From contig OZ253375.1 in the NCBI GenBank assembly GCA_965261005.1, positions 448,001 to 512,000 on the forward strand: DNA of 64,000 nucleotides, given 5' to 3'. This document shows positions 16,454 through 28,671 of the stretch, in pieces. The notes beneath the pieces were generated by a model. It saw only the letters and a list, made by a program, of their open reading frames with translations. It was not told where the DNA came from and did not search any database. Made by a program: the position numbers and the translations under genes. Numbering within the stretch: the first letter of the stretch is position 1; every line of letters starts with the position of its first letter. Source of the stretch: Deinococcus sp. (GTDB taxonomy: Bacteria > Deinococcota > Deinococci > Deinococcales > Deinococcaceae).

Positions 16454-16743
16454 GGTTCTTTGAATTGGTGGACCTTGGTTGGAACAAGTGCTGGGCGTAA
16501 TTTATTGCCGGCGAGCATATTTTGGATTATATTGTGGTCCTGGTTTCGGGGTCCTGTGAGCTGGAGAACCGCCGGGATTCATGGGGTGATTGCTTTTTTA
16601 AGCCTCGTATCGAACGCCGTCTTTAGAATAGTGTCAGAAAACTACTGGAGTGGTTTGGTATTTTTAATTCTACTGAGTACTTTATACGTCGTATTGGTTC
16701 ACAGAATGTCGAGGTGGATCAACAGGGTTAGCGGAAAAAGATT

Positions 16744-17037
16744 GTGACTATGAATAAAATATTTCTTACGCTTAAATTTCTCGCGAGCGTCATGTTCCTA
16801 ACGCTAGGGGCATATATTTTCAATGAGGGTTTCCATTATTTTAGGAATAAAACTTTTCGCTTGGAACTTGATCGGCTTCTTGGGATTTTTGTTACAATAC
16901 TTGTCGCAAGAATGTATCAAATTTTGAATGACAAGTATCAGTGGGTAACAAGTGAAGATCATTGGATTGTTACAATAGTCTTTATTACTGTCGTATTCAT
17001 GGCGAGCATTCTTTTTGTGCCATTTCTATTTAAATGA
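16744..17037 (+). CDS. Hypothetical small membrane protein (low GC)
   Basis: 97 aa, about three hydrophobic helices, GTGA overlap with the upstream ORF, AT-rich codons. Confidence 0.65.
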   Translation: MTMNKIFLTLKFLASVMFLTLGAYIFNEGFHYFRNKTFRLELDRLLGIFVTILVARMYQILNDKYQWVTSEDHWIVTIVFITVVFMASILFVPFLFK

Positions 17038-17101
17038 TTTCGAGTATCACTTGTTTGAATCGAAGCCAAGCGTCAGAAACAGCTACAAACAACCTCAAGC
17101 T

Positions 17102-17503
17102 TCAACGGCTCAGGGTCGCTTCTATGGTCTCTCCCCCCTCGTCCTCGATCACCAAGCGGGCGCGCTTGCCCATGCGTCCGAGCATGTCGGTGATCGTGCC
17201 GATAGTGAGGTTGGCATCGGGGTGTTCGAGCTGCGAGATGCGGCCCGAGGACACGCCCCAGCGCTCTCCCGCCGCCCGCATGGTCAGGCCTTCGCGCTCC
17301 CGAATCACTTTGAATGCCTGCCCCAAACTGCCTACCGCCACCGCCTGCGAAATCTCAGCCGGCGTCATGCGTACGAACTGGCTCTCTGGCAAGCTGCCCC
17401 CAGAAACCTCGTGACCTTCGGCCTCGTTGAGCAAGGCGAGCATTTCGGCGTCTGGCAGCGCCTCAAGGTTCAAGATATCTTGCCATTCCTGTGCGGTTTT
17501 CAC
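17102..17503 (-). CDS. XRE-family HTH protein, probable HigA-like antitoxin
   Basis: IREREGLTMRAAGERWGVSSGRISQLEHPDANLTIGT HTH; GTG start overlaps the stop of the upstream toxin-like frame. Confidence 0.85.
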   Translation of the reverse strand: MKTAQEWQDILNLEALPDAEMLALLNEAEGHEVSGGSLPESQFVRMTPAEISQAVAVGSLGQAFKVIREREGLTMRAAGERWGVSSGRISQLEHPDANLTIGTITDMLGRMGKRARLVIEDEGGETIEATLSR

Positions 17504-17871
17504 GTCGTTCCTCCTGCCCTACTGCTGTCGGTCTGCCAAAAACACAGCGCTTCACGCAGCCGCTCCCCGACCTTTTCGTCGGTCTTGATCTCGGCGCCGG
17601 TGATCGCAGCTTCACCCGTCGGGCGAAAGAAGAAATAAACCCGGACGCCGCCTTTGCGCCCGCCCCGCGCGTGGCTCTTGAGTTCTCAGATCGGCAACCC
17701 CTGCAACTTCTTCGCGTGGCTGCTGTCCTTGCCGCGCAGGCGCAACTCGGCCAGCATGATGACCGCCTGATCGATTGCGTCCTGATACCCCCGGTCTGAC
17801 CATTCCAGCAGATCGTCGAGAATGGCCGCTCGCTCCCCATTTGGACGCCTCAAGAGGATTAGAGCGGTCAT
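17500..17871 (-). pseudogene. RelE/HigB(Gp49)-like toxin with an internal nonsense codon
   Basis: KKLQGLPI*ELKSHARGGRKGGVRVYFFF: in-frame TGA at 17686-17688 where W of a WEL[KR] motif is expected; frame continues to a stop at 17500. Confidence 0.78.
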
Positions 17872-17893
17872 CTGCTTAGTTTATGCTAAGCAG
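17872..17893 (-). promoter_or_regulatory. Palindromic operator overlapping the -10 of the TA operon
   Basis: CTGCTTAG-N6-CTAAGCAG; on the minus strand TAAACT lies 6 nt before the toxin ATG. Confidence 0.65.
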
Positions 17894-17993
17894 GCGTGGC
17901 GGCACAAGCTCATTACCTGCTGCCCGTTTCTCGCTCCTTCAACCGCCACCTTTCCCACCGTCCTATCTCCCCCAACACGCCAAACTGCCCCCC

Positions 17994-20252
17994 GTGCCCG
18001 TCCAGCTGGTGTGGTTTAAAAAAGACCTGCGCCTGAGCGACCACGCGCCGCTCACGGAGGCGGCGCGGCGCGGGCCGGTGCTGCCGCTGTACATCTACGA
18101 GCCGGAACAATTGAATCACCCGGAATTCACCGGGCACCACCTGAGCTACTTGAACGACTGTTTGCGTGAGCTGGACGCGGGGCTGCGCAAGTTGGGCACG
18201 CCGTTAATCACCCGCTGTGGCGAGGCGGTCGCCGTATTGGAAAAGTTACGCGGTCAAGTGGACCTCGGCGGCCTGTGGGCACATGAGGAGACCGGCAACG
18301 GGGTCAGCTTCGCGCGGGACCGGCGGGTGCGGGCCTGGGCGCGCCTTCGCGCCCTCCCCTTCCGGGAATTGCCGAGTGGCGGCGTGGTGCGGCGCATGAA
18401 GAACCGCGACGGCTGGGCGCAAAGCTGGGAAGAGCGCATGGCCGCCCCGGTTTTGCCGCCGCCGGAGAGGTTATGCGGCACGAATCTGTCGCCGGAGGGG
18501 CTGCGCGGGCACGCTGAGCTGGGTGTAGAAGCCAATAACAAGACCATCCCGCACGGTGGAGAGCGGCAGGCTTGGGCAACGCTGGATTCTTTTCTGGGCG
18601 GGCGCGGCGTGAACTACACCTATGAGCTGAGCAGCCCTCTAAGCGCAGAACGGGCCTGTTCGCGGCTGAGCGCGCCGCTCGCTTATGGCAGCTTGTCGGT
18701 GCGGGAGGTGGTGCAAGCGACCCGGCGGCGCCTCGCGGCCGTGGGGGGCGACCCCGAAGCCGATTCGCGCTGGGTCCGCTCGCTGCGCTCCTTCGAGAGC
18801 CGGCTGCACTGGCATGACCACTTCGTGCAGCGCCTGGAGTCCCAGCCGGACATGGAGTTTCGCAACCTCAACAAAGCCTTTGACGGCCTGCGCGAGGGAC
18901 ATTGGAACGCCGGCGCCTTCGACCGCTGGGCGCACGGGCAGACCGGCTATCCCCTGATTGACGCCTGCATGCGCATGCTGCGCGTGACCGGCTGGCTGAA
19001 CTTCCGCATGCGCGCGCTGCTGGTCAGCTTCGCCAGCCAGCACCTCTGGCTGCATTGGCGACCGACCGGCCTGTATTTGGCGGGGCAATGGCTCGACAAC
19101 GAGCCGGGCATCCACTGGTCGCAGATGCAGATGCAGAGCGGCACCGTGGGCATCAACCGGCTGCGGGTCTACTCGCCCAGCCGGCAGGCGCGCGAGCAGG
19201 ACCCTACGGGCGCCTTTATCCGCCGCTGGGTGCCCGAGCTGGCGGACGTGCCGGGCGACTTCGTTCACACGCCCTGGGTCTGGAGCGGCGCGGGGCGCTT
19301 GGTCTACCCGGCCCCCATCGTGGACGAGGGCAAGGCCGCCCGCGAGGCGAAGGCGAGAATCAAGGCCGTTCACGTCACCGCGCAATTCGAGTTGGAGGCC
19401 CGGCGGCTTTACCATAAGCACGGCAGCCGCAAAAAGGCCGTGCTGCGCGCCGAGAGAATGGCGCGCGGCTTGCCGCCGAAGCCACCTTCCCGGCAAAGGA
19501 GACGCCGCATGACGGACCAGCCCGATTTGTTCGGTCAAACCACTCAGCCCGAAACGCTTCAAGCCATCGTCCCCGCCAATCTGCCCGCGTCGTGGCAAGA
19601 GGCGCTGCACGCCGAGTTCGCCGCCCCGTACTTCCACGAGCTGAGGGACTTCCTGGCCGAGGAACGCCGCGAGCAGACCATCTACCCGCCGGCCCCGGAC
19701 GTCTTCAACGCCCTGCGCGCCACGCCGCTGGAAAGCGTCAAGGTGCTGATCCTGGGCCAAGACCCTTACCACGGCGCCGGCCAAGGGCACGGCCTGAGCT
19801 TCTCGGTACGGCCGGGCGTGCGGGTGCCGCCGAGCTTGCAGAACATCTACAAAGAGCTGCAAAGCGACGTGGGCTTCACGCCGCCGCGCCACGGCTACCT
19901 GAAAAACTGGGCCGAGCAGGGCGTCCTGCTGTTGAACGCCGTGCTGACCGTGCGCGCGGGGCAGGCGAACAGCCACGCCGGCAAGGGCTGGGAGCAGTTC
20001 ACCGACGCGGTGATCCGGGCGGTGAATGAGAAGCCGGAGCGGGTGGTGTTCGTGCTGTGGGGCGCCTACGCCCGCAAGAAGAAGAAGCTGATCACGGGCG
20101 CGCAGCACGTCGTGATCGAGAGCGCCCACCCCAGCCCCCTCAGCGCCGAGCGCTTTTTCGGCAGCCGCCCCTTCAGCAAGGTGAACGCCGCGCTCACGGA
20201 GGCGAACGAGACGCCGATTGACTGGCAATTGCCGATGAAGCCGGAGGAGTAA
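17994..20252 (+). CDS. Cryptochrome/photolyase family protein fused in frame to uracil-DNA glycosylase
   Basis: VWFKKDLRLSDH, SRLSAPLAYG, GQTGYPLIDACMR, GWLNFRMRA, then with no stop GQDPYH and HPSPLS; start estimated at GTG 17994. Confidence 0.88.
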   Translation: MPVQLVWFKKDLRLSDHAPLTEAARRGPVLPLYIYEPEQLNHPEFTGHHLSYLNDCLRELDAGLRKLGTPLITRCGEAVAVLEKLRGQVDLGGLWAHEETGNGVSFARDRRVRAWARLRALPFRELPSGGVVRRMKNRDGWAQSWEERMAAPVLPPPERLCGTNLSPEGLRGHAELGVEANNKTIPHGGERQAWATLDSFLGGRGVNYTYELSSPLSAERACSRLSAPLAYGSLSVREVVQATRRRLAAVGGDPEADSRWVRSLRSFESRLHWHDHFVQRLESQPDMEFRNLNKAFDGLREGHWNAGAFDRWAHGQTGYPLIDACMRMLRVTGWLNFRMRALLVSFASQHLWLHWRPTGLYLAGQWLDNEPGIHWSQMQMQSGTVGINRLRVYSPSRQAREQDPTGAFIRRWVPELADVPGDFVHTPWVWSGAGRLVYPAPIVDEGKAAREAKARIKAVHVTAQFELEARRLYHKHGSRKKAVLRAERMARGLPPKPPSRQRRRRMTDQPDLFGQTTQPETLQAIVPANLPASWQEALHAEFAAPYFHELRDFLAEERREQTIYPPAPDVFNALRATPLESVKVLILGQDPYHGAGQGHGLSFSVRPGVRVPPSLQNIYKELQSDVGFTPPRHGYLKNWAEQGVLLLNAVLTVRAGQANSHAGKGWEQFTDAVIRAVNEKPERVVFVLWGAYARKKKKLITGAQHVVIESAHPSPLSAERFFGSRPFSKVNAALTEANETPIDWQLPMKPEE
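19509..20252 (+). CDS. ung: Uracil-DNA glycosylase, family 1 (internal start within the fusion ORF)
   Basis: AAAGGAG RBS at 19495-19501, ATG 19509 (MTDQPDLFG), VKVLILGQDPYH, GVLLLNAVLTV, FVLWG, HPSPLS. Confidence 0.9.
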   Translation: MTDQPDLFGQTTQPETLQAIVPANLPASWQEALHAEFAAPYFHELRDFLAEERREQTIYPPAPDVFNALRATPLESVKVLILGQDPYHGAGQGHGLSFSVRPGVRVPPSLQNIYKELQSDVGFTPPRHGYLKNWAEQGVLLLNAVLTVRAGQANSHAGKGWEQFTDAVIRAVNEKPERVVFVLWGAYARKKKKLITGAQHVVIESAHPSPLSAERFFGSRPFSKVNAALTEANETPIDWQLPMKPEE

Positions 20253-20264
20253 CAGACTTGCGGC

Positions 20265-20293
20265 TTGACCTCCCCCCGCCGCGCGGGTAGAGT
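20265..20293 (+). promoter_or_regulatory. Sigma70-type promoter of the leuA leader (leaderless transcript)
   Basis: TTGACC-17 nt-TAGAGT, ATG 6 nt downstream. Confidence 0.75.
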
Positions 20294-20299
20294 CTCCCC

Positions 20300-20353
20300 A
20301 TGTCAGGTGTCCGCTCGCTTCTTCTTGCGCCGCTCCGTAGGACGGAAGCGTAG
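20300..20353 (+). CDS. leuA attenuator leader peptide ([17 protein letters not shown])
   Basis: Three tandem CTT Leu codons, followed by a terminator hairpin before leuA. Confidence 0.85.
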   Translation: MSGVRSLLLAPLRRTEA

Positions 20354-20371
20354 AAGCCGCTACGCACCCCG

Positions 20372-20407
20372 CCCCCGGAGCACCCGCAGCTCCGGGGGTT
20401 TTCTTTT
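20372..20407 (+). terminator. Attenuator terminator upstream of leuA
   Basis: CCCCCGGAGC-acccgca-GCTCCGGGGG then TTTTCTTTT. Confidence 0.85.
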
Positions 20408-20429
20408 CGCTCTTCACTCAGGAGGCCGC

Positions 20430-22012
<1,583 letters not shown>

Positions 22013-22016
<4 letters not shown>

Positions 22017-22723
22017 GGACCGTCGGCCTGATCGGCGGCATGAGCTGGGAATCGTCGGCCGAGTATTACCGGCTCATCAACCAGGGCGTAAAGGCGCAGC
22101 TGGGCGGGCTGCACTCGGCGCGCTGCCTGCTGTACTCGCTGGACTTCGCCGAGATCGAGCGCCTTCAGCACGCGGGGCGCTGGGCGGAGGCCGGAGACAT
22201 TCTCGCTGGAGCGGCGCGCGCCCTGGAAGCCGGCGGCGCGGAAGGTGTGGTCCTCTGCACCAACACCATGCACAAGGTCACCGGCGCCATCACCGCCGGC
22301 CTGAGCGTTCCCTTCCTGCACATCGCGGACGCCACGGCGGAGCGGGTGCGGGCGCGCGGCCTCACGCGCGTCGGCCTGCTGGGCACGGCCTTTACGATGG
22401 AGCAGGATTTTTACAGGGGGCGGCTGGCGGAACAGTACGGCCTGGACGTGCTGATTCCGGAGGAGGCCGACCGCCAGATCATCCACCGCGTCATCTACGA
22501 CGAGCTGTGCCAAGGGCGGGTCCTGCCGGGGTCGAGGGCCGAGTACGTCCGCGTGATGCGCTCACTGGTGGGGCGCGGCGCTCAGGGCGTCATCCTGGGC
22601 TGCACCGAGATCACGCTGCTGGTCGGACAGGACGACGTGAGCGTGCCGGTGTTCGACACGACTGCCATTCACGCGGAGGCGGCGGTGGAGTTCGCCCTCG
22701 CGCCGGAACTGGAGCGCGCATGA
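22013..22723 (+). CDS. Aspartate/glutamate racemase family protein
   Basis: [17 protein letters not shown] and ILGCTEI two-cysteine motifs. Confidence 0.92.
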
Positions 22724-23007
22724 TCCTGGAAATCGCCACCATCACCCTGAAAAGCGGCAACGCCGACGAGTTCATCCGCGTGATGCCGCGCGCTTTTGAG
22801 GTGCTGGACGGCACGCCCGGCTATCACCGCCACGAGCTGCATAGAGGGATCGAGCGGCCCGACGTGTTCACCCTGTTCATCTGGTGGGACAGCGTGGAGG
22901 CGCACGAGCGGAACTTCCGGCAGACTGAGCGCTTCGGCCGCTGGCGGGCGGTGTGGGGGCACTTGATGGAGGGCGCGCAGGTGGAGCATTTTACGAGGGT
23001 GTATTGA
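22720..23007 (+). CDS. Antibiotic biosynthesis monooxygenase (ABM) family protein
   Basis: [35 protein letters not shown] overlap. Confidence 0.85.
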   Translation: MILEIATITLKSGNADEFIRVMPRAFEVLDGTPGYHRHELHRGIERPDVFTLFIWWDSVEAHERNFRQTERFGRWRAVWGHLMEGAQVEHFTRVY

Positions 23008-23733
23008 ATGCGCGTCGCCGTGCTTTCTGACGTTCATGGCAACCGCTTCGCGCTGGAGGCGGTGCTGAAAGACGTGCGCGCCTGCTCGCCGGATGTGATC
23101 GACAACTTGGGAGATCAGGTCTTCGGGAGCGCCGACCCGGCCGCAGCCTACGCGCTGCAACGTGAACTCGGCGCCGTGGAGGTGCGCGGCAACACCGACG
23201 AAATGTACGCGGCCGATCTGAGCGAGCTGGAGGGCGCGCGGTCACAAGTCGAGTGGCTGCGCGGGCAGTTGCCGCCGGAGGCTGCTCAGAACCTGCGAAA
23301 TTTACCTGTAACCGCGACGCTGGCGGACGGCGAGGTGCTGGTCGCTCACGGCGATTTACAAAGCTCTTGGCAAGCCTTGGTGTTTACCCGTGAAGAGGCC
23401 GTCAACCAAACCCGCTTGGCCTCGCCGGACGAGTTGCTGGAACGGGCCAAGGATTTCCCGGCGGCGCGCGTCGTGATTGTTGGACACACCCACCGCGAAC
23501 ACCTGTCGGTACAGAACGGCGTCACCTTTGTGAACACGGGCGCCGTCTCACGCCAGATGCACGGCGACCCCGCCGCGCGCTGGGTGCTGCTGGAAAAGAG
23601 GGGGCCTTTCTGGAACATCTCGTTTCGCCGCGTGGAATACGACTGGGAAGCGGCGGCGCGCTGGATCGAGGAGCGGTATCCCGATAAGCAGGACGAGGCG
23701 CAGCACTTGCGGCTGGGGCGCTGGCAGCGGTGA
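23008..23733 (+). CDS. Metallophosphoesterase
   Basis: SDVHGN, LGD, VRGNTD, AHG and GHTH motifs. Confidence 0.9.
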   Translation: MRVAVLSDVHGNRFALEAVLKDVRACSPDVIDNLGDQVFGSADPAAAYALQRELGAVEVRGNTDEMYAADLSELEGARSQVEWLRGQLPPEAAQNLRNLPVTATLADGEVLVAHGDLQSSWQALVFTREEAVNQTRLASPDELLERAKDFPAARVVIVGHTHREHLSVQNGVTFVNTGAVSRQMHGDPAARWVLLEKRGPFWNISFRRVEYDWEAAARWIEERYPDKQDEAQHLRLGRWQR

Positions 23734-23820
23734 CCAGACCATCGGGCGCTTCCTTCAGCGCTGCGCCCAAAAGGCGGCCTTACCTGAGTGAACAAGTGAC
23801 GGCAAGCGTAGACTTGAATC

Positions 23821-24018
23821 ATGAACGAGCGCGAAGTAAAGCAGGTTGTGCAGGTCTTTTCAATGAAGGACGCTCCCAGCACGTCCCAGTATTGGCGAGA
23901 GCGACCTATGGCCGAACGGCTGGCAGCTTTGGAACAGATACGGCGCGAATACCACCTCTGGAAGTACGGTCATGAACCCGAACTTCAGCGAGTTGTGCGC
24001 GTTACTCGACAAAAATGA
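23821..24018 (+). CDS. Small hypothetical protein, probable partner of the downstream nucleotidyltransferase
   Basis: 65 aa, YWRERPMAERLAALEQIR; TAGACT -10 lies 6 nt before the ATG; overlaps the next gene. Confidence 0.7.
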   Translation: MNEREVKQVVQVFSMKDAPSTSQYWRERPMAERLAALEQIRREYHLWKYGHEPELQRVVRVTRQK

Positions 24019-24420
24019 GGTGCGCTATCTGATTATTGGAGGCTACGCGCTTGCGGCACACGGTCGGCCCCGTTATACAGAAGATTTTGATCTCTGGGTC
24101 GAACCGACACCGGAAAATGCAGTACGTGTTCTAGCTACCCTCGAAGATTTCGGTTTCGGGAGCTTGGATATTCGCATAGAGGATTTGGTGACGCCCGACA
24201 TGGTCATTCAACTCGGCTACCCACCCGCCCGCGTTGACCTGCTGACCCAGCCTGAAGGCGTCATCTTTCAGGAATGCTATCCGAATCGCGTCATGCTTCA
24301 GTTCGGCGGTCTGACGCTCCCTTTTCTGAACGTTCCAGACCTCATTCGCAACAAACGCGCCTCTGCAAGGCCGCAAGATCTCGCCGACGTGGCGGCGCTC
24401 GAAGACCTGGAGAACAACCC

Positions 24421-24424
<4 letters not shown>
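23972..24424 (+). CDS. Nucleotidyltransferase family protein (AbiEii/DUF6036-like)
   Basis: [22 protein letters not shown] (GG..A...R.T.D.D) and C-terminal K...R..D..D. Confidence 0.8.
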
Positions 24425-26112
<1,688 letters not shown>

Positions 26113-26161
26113 TACGGATTCTGCGGTCTGGAGCAACATCGTGGCGGTCGGCAATTGGCTT

Positions 26162-26953
26162 CTACTGACCCGCGCGCAGGCGCAGCTGCAAACCCGGCAG
26201 GTGCAGCCGGACGTAGTCCAAAATGGCGGCAATAAACAGCACGACCCCGGCCATTTCCATCGCCTCCTGCACGAACACCGTCAACTCCGCGACAAAGGTG
26301 CCCGCGTAGAAGGTCGCCACCTCGCTCTCGATCAGTTCCGTGCCGAAGGCGCCCAGCACGTACACGGCGCCGGCCACCACAAAGCCGCGGCGCGCGCTCG
26401 CGGGCAACTGGCCGAGAAAGCGCCAAAAGACCAGCAGAAACACGACGCCGAACAGCGCGTACGGCACGACCCAGCCCGACCTGAAGATGCCCCCGGCGGG
26501 CAGCACGCCGCGCAGCAGGTAGTTCAACTTCTCGTGAAGCATGGCGAGTTCGTCGAGGGTCAGGTAGAAAAAAACGCCGGTCAGCCCGCGCCAGGCCCAG
26601 GTCCAAGCGTCGGCCACCCGGCTTTTGGCCGCCGCCACCCAAGCGAGCAGCAGCGCCGCGATCAGGAGGATCAGGCCGGAAAAGGCCGCCGGCACGTTCG
26701 ACTCCCCGTCGAGGTCGGTGAGCTGGATAAAGGCGTCGCGCAGAAAGAACTTATGGGTGGTGAACAGCAGCACCTGACCCAGCACGCCACAAAAGACCAG
26801 CGCGGCGACCGTCCACCACAGCCAGCGCAACACGCGGCGCTGGTCGAGGTCGAGGAAGACCGTCACCGCACCCCCGTCCTCCAGGGGGAGAGCTGAGGGC
26901 GATGAAAAGACCTCCCGTGTGGCGCCCGCGTGCTCACCGCTCGTCTTCGTCAT
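26162..26953 (-). CDS. Hypothetical multi-pass membrane protein
   Basis: About 7 hydrophobic segments with charged motifs LDGESNVP, LDELAMLHE and QEAMEM. Confidence 0.75.
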   Translation of the reverse strand: MTKTSGEHAGATREVFSSPSALPLEDGGAVTVFLDLDQRRVLRWLWWTVAALVFCGVLGQVLLFTTHKFFLRDAFIQLTDLDGESNVPAAFSGLILLIAALLLAWVAAAKSRVADAWTWAWRGLTGVFFYLTLDELAMLHEKLNYLLRGVLPAGGIFRSGWVVPYALFGVVFLLVFWRFLGQLPASARRGFVVAGAVYVLGAFGTELIESEVATFYAGTFVAELTVFVQEAMEMAGVVLFIAAILDYVRLHLPGLQLRLRAGQ

Positions 26954-27101
26954 GCCGCTCCCCGACGTTCACAGGACTCACGCCGCGTTCACTATCAGCG
27001 CTGTGTCAGCACTATACACGGCCGCTCCATCGGGAGGCGAAATTTTCACGCCGTTCAGCCGTTCAGCATGGTCTGCCGTCCGCCCGCTCTAGACTCCGCA
27101 C

Positions 27102-28190
27102 ATGACCTCGCACACGAACCTGACCTTTTCTTGGGCCGACTTGCGGCGGCTCACGCCCGGGCCGGGAACCGGCGGCGCGCTGAGAACGGAGCCGGAGGAC
27201 TTTGTGGTGGAGGAGCTGCCGGCCTACCCGCTGTCCGGAACGGGCGAACACCTCTACCTGCGCGTCGAGAAGACCGGCCACACCACCGTTCACGTCGTGC
27301 GCGAACTCGCGCGCCACTTGGGCGTGCCGGACAAGCAGATCGGCGTGGCCGGCCTCAAGGACCGCCACGCCGTCACGACCCAGTGGCTGAGCGTGCCCGC
27401 CAAGCTGGAAGGGCGGCTGGAGGGCTTCGCGCCCTCCGGGGTGCGGCTGCTCGAACGAACGCGGCACGGCAACAAGCTGGGCATCGGCCACCTGCGCGGC
27501 AACCGCTTCACGGTGCGGGTGCGCGGGGCGGCGGGCGCGGCGGAACGGGCGGCGGGGACGCTCTCTCAGCTCGCGCGCCTGGGCGTGCCCAACTACTTCG
27601 GTTCCCAGCGCTTCGGGCTGGGCGGCCTCAACGCCGAGGAGGGGCTGCGGGTAATGCGCGGCGAGTCACGCCTGCGCGATCCGCGCCTGACCCGCTTTTT
27701 GGTGTCCAGCGTGCAGAGTTTGCTGTTCAACCGCTTTGTCAGCGAGCGCCTCACGCGCGGGGTCTTCGACCGTCTGTTGGAGGGGGACATGGCCAAAAAG
27801 CACGACACCGGCGGCGTCTTCCGGGTGGAGGACGCCGCACACGAGAGCGGGCGCGCCCTGCGCGGCGAGGTCAGCGCCACCGGCACCCTGTTCGGGCGCA
27901 AGGTAACCCCGCTGACCGGGGAGGCCGGCGAACTGGAGCGCGTGGCGCTGGCCGCTTACGGCCTGACCCCCGAGGCGTTTCGCTCGCGCAAGGGGGACCG
28001 CCGCCTCACGCGGGTCTTTTTGACGGATCCCATCCTGAAGGCAAACGACGACGGCTACACGGTCGCTTTTGAATTGCCAAAGGGCAGCTTCGCCACCTCG
28101 GTGCTGCGCGAATTGGTCGGGGACGGCGTGGACGTGCAGGAGACGGACCTTCAGGAAGACGGGCCGGAAGGCGCTTCGGAGGGGCCGTAG
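27102..28190 (+). CDS. truD: tRNA pseudouridine(13) synthase
   Basis: [48 protein letters not shown]. Confidence 0.95.
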   Translation: MTSHTNLTFSWADLRRLTPGPGTGGALRTEPEDFVVEELPAYPLSGTGEHLYLRVEKTGHTTVHVVRELARHLGVPDKQIGVAGLKDRHAVTTQWLSVPAKLEGRLEGFAPSGVRLLERTRHGNKLGIGHLRGNRFTVRVRGAAGAAERAAGTLSQLARLGVPNYFGSQRFGLGGLNAEEGLRVMRGESRLRDPRLTRFLVSSVQSLLFNRFVSERLTRGVFDRLLEGDMAKKHDTGGVFRVEDAAHESGRALRGEVSATGTLFGRKVTPLTGEAGELERVALAAYGLTPEAFRSRKGDRRLTRVFLTDPILKANDDGYTVAFELPKGSFATSVLRELVGDGVDVQETDLQEDGPEGASEGP

Positions 28191-28239
28191 CGCCTTTCCC
28201 GCCCGTTCACGCGCCGGGACGGGTTACACTGTGCGCCAC

Positions 28240-28671
28240 ATGACAAGACGCCCCAGCAAGCCCTTCACGGCCGGCGCGCCCTGTTCAGCGCTGCTCGGCA
28301 CGGCGCTAATCGGCACGGCCCTGTTCGGTACGGCGGCGGCGCGCTCACCCGCCCTGAGCGACGCCTCGCTGCGGCTGACCGTGGGCGGGGCGGTGGTGGT
28401 GGTCACCTTGTCGGCTCGCGACCGCGACGTGTTGCAGCGGGTGTGGGCGCCCGGAACCAGCGCCCACATGCTGCGCTGCGAACCGCGCTGCCGCACGGCC
28501 ACGTCCATTCCCATCGAGGCCCAAACGCGCCTGGGCGCCGGGACCACCTACCGGGTGGTGCTGGGTGGCCACTTCGAGCCGGGCCAAAAAATCGGCCTGA
28601 TCTTCTCTTTCGGGGGCGGCAACGCGGCGGTGGAGGCCGTCGTGGACCGCGACACCGCCGGCCTGCCCTGA
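28240..28671 (+). CDS. Hypothetical exported protein, possibly PCu(A)C-like fold
   Basis: Signal-peptide-like N-terminus and beta-rich body with CEPRC. Confidence 0.6.
   Translation: MTRRPSKPFTAGAPCSALLGTALIGTALFGTAAARSPALSDASLRLTVGGAVVVVTLSARDRDVLQRVWAPGTSAHMLRCEPRCRTATSIPIEAQTRLGAGTTYRVVLGGHFEPGQKIGLIFSFGGGNAAVEAVVDRDTAGLP

Noticed and set aside
17686..17688. Selenocysteine or recoded TGA in the toxin
   Set aside because: Trp, not Cys, is expected at this position and TGA serves as a normal stop throughout the window.
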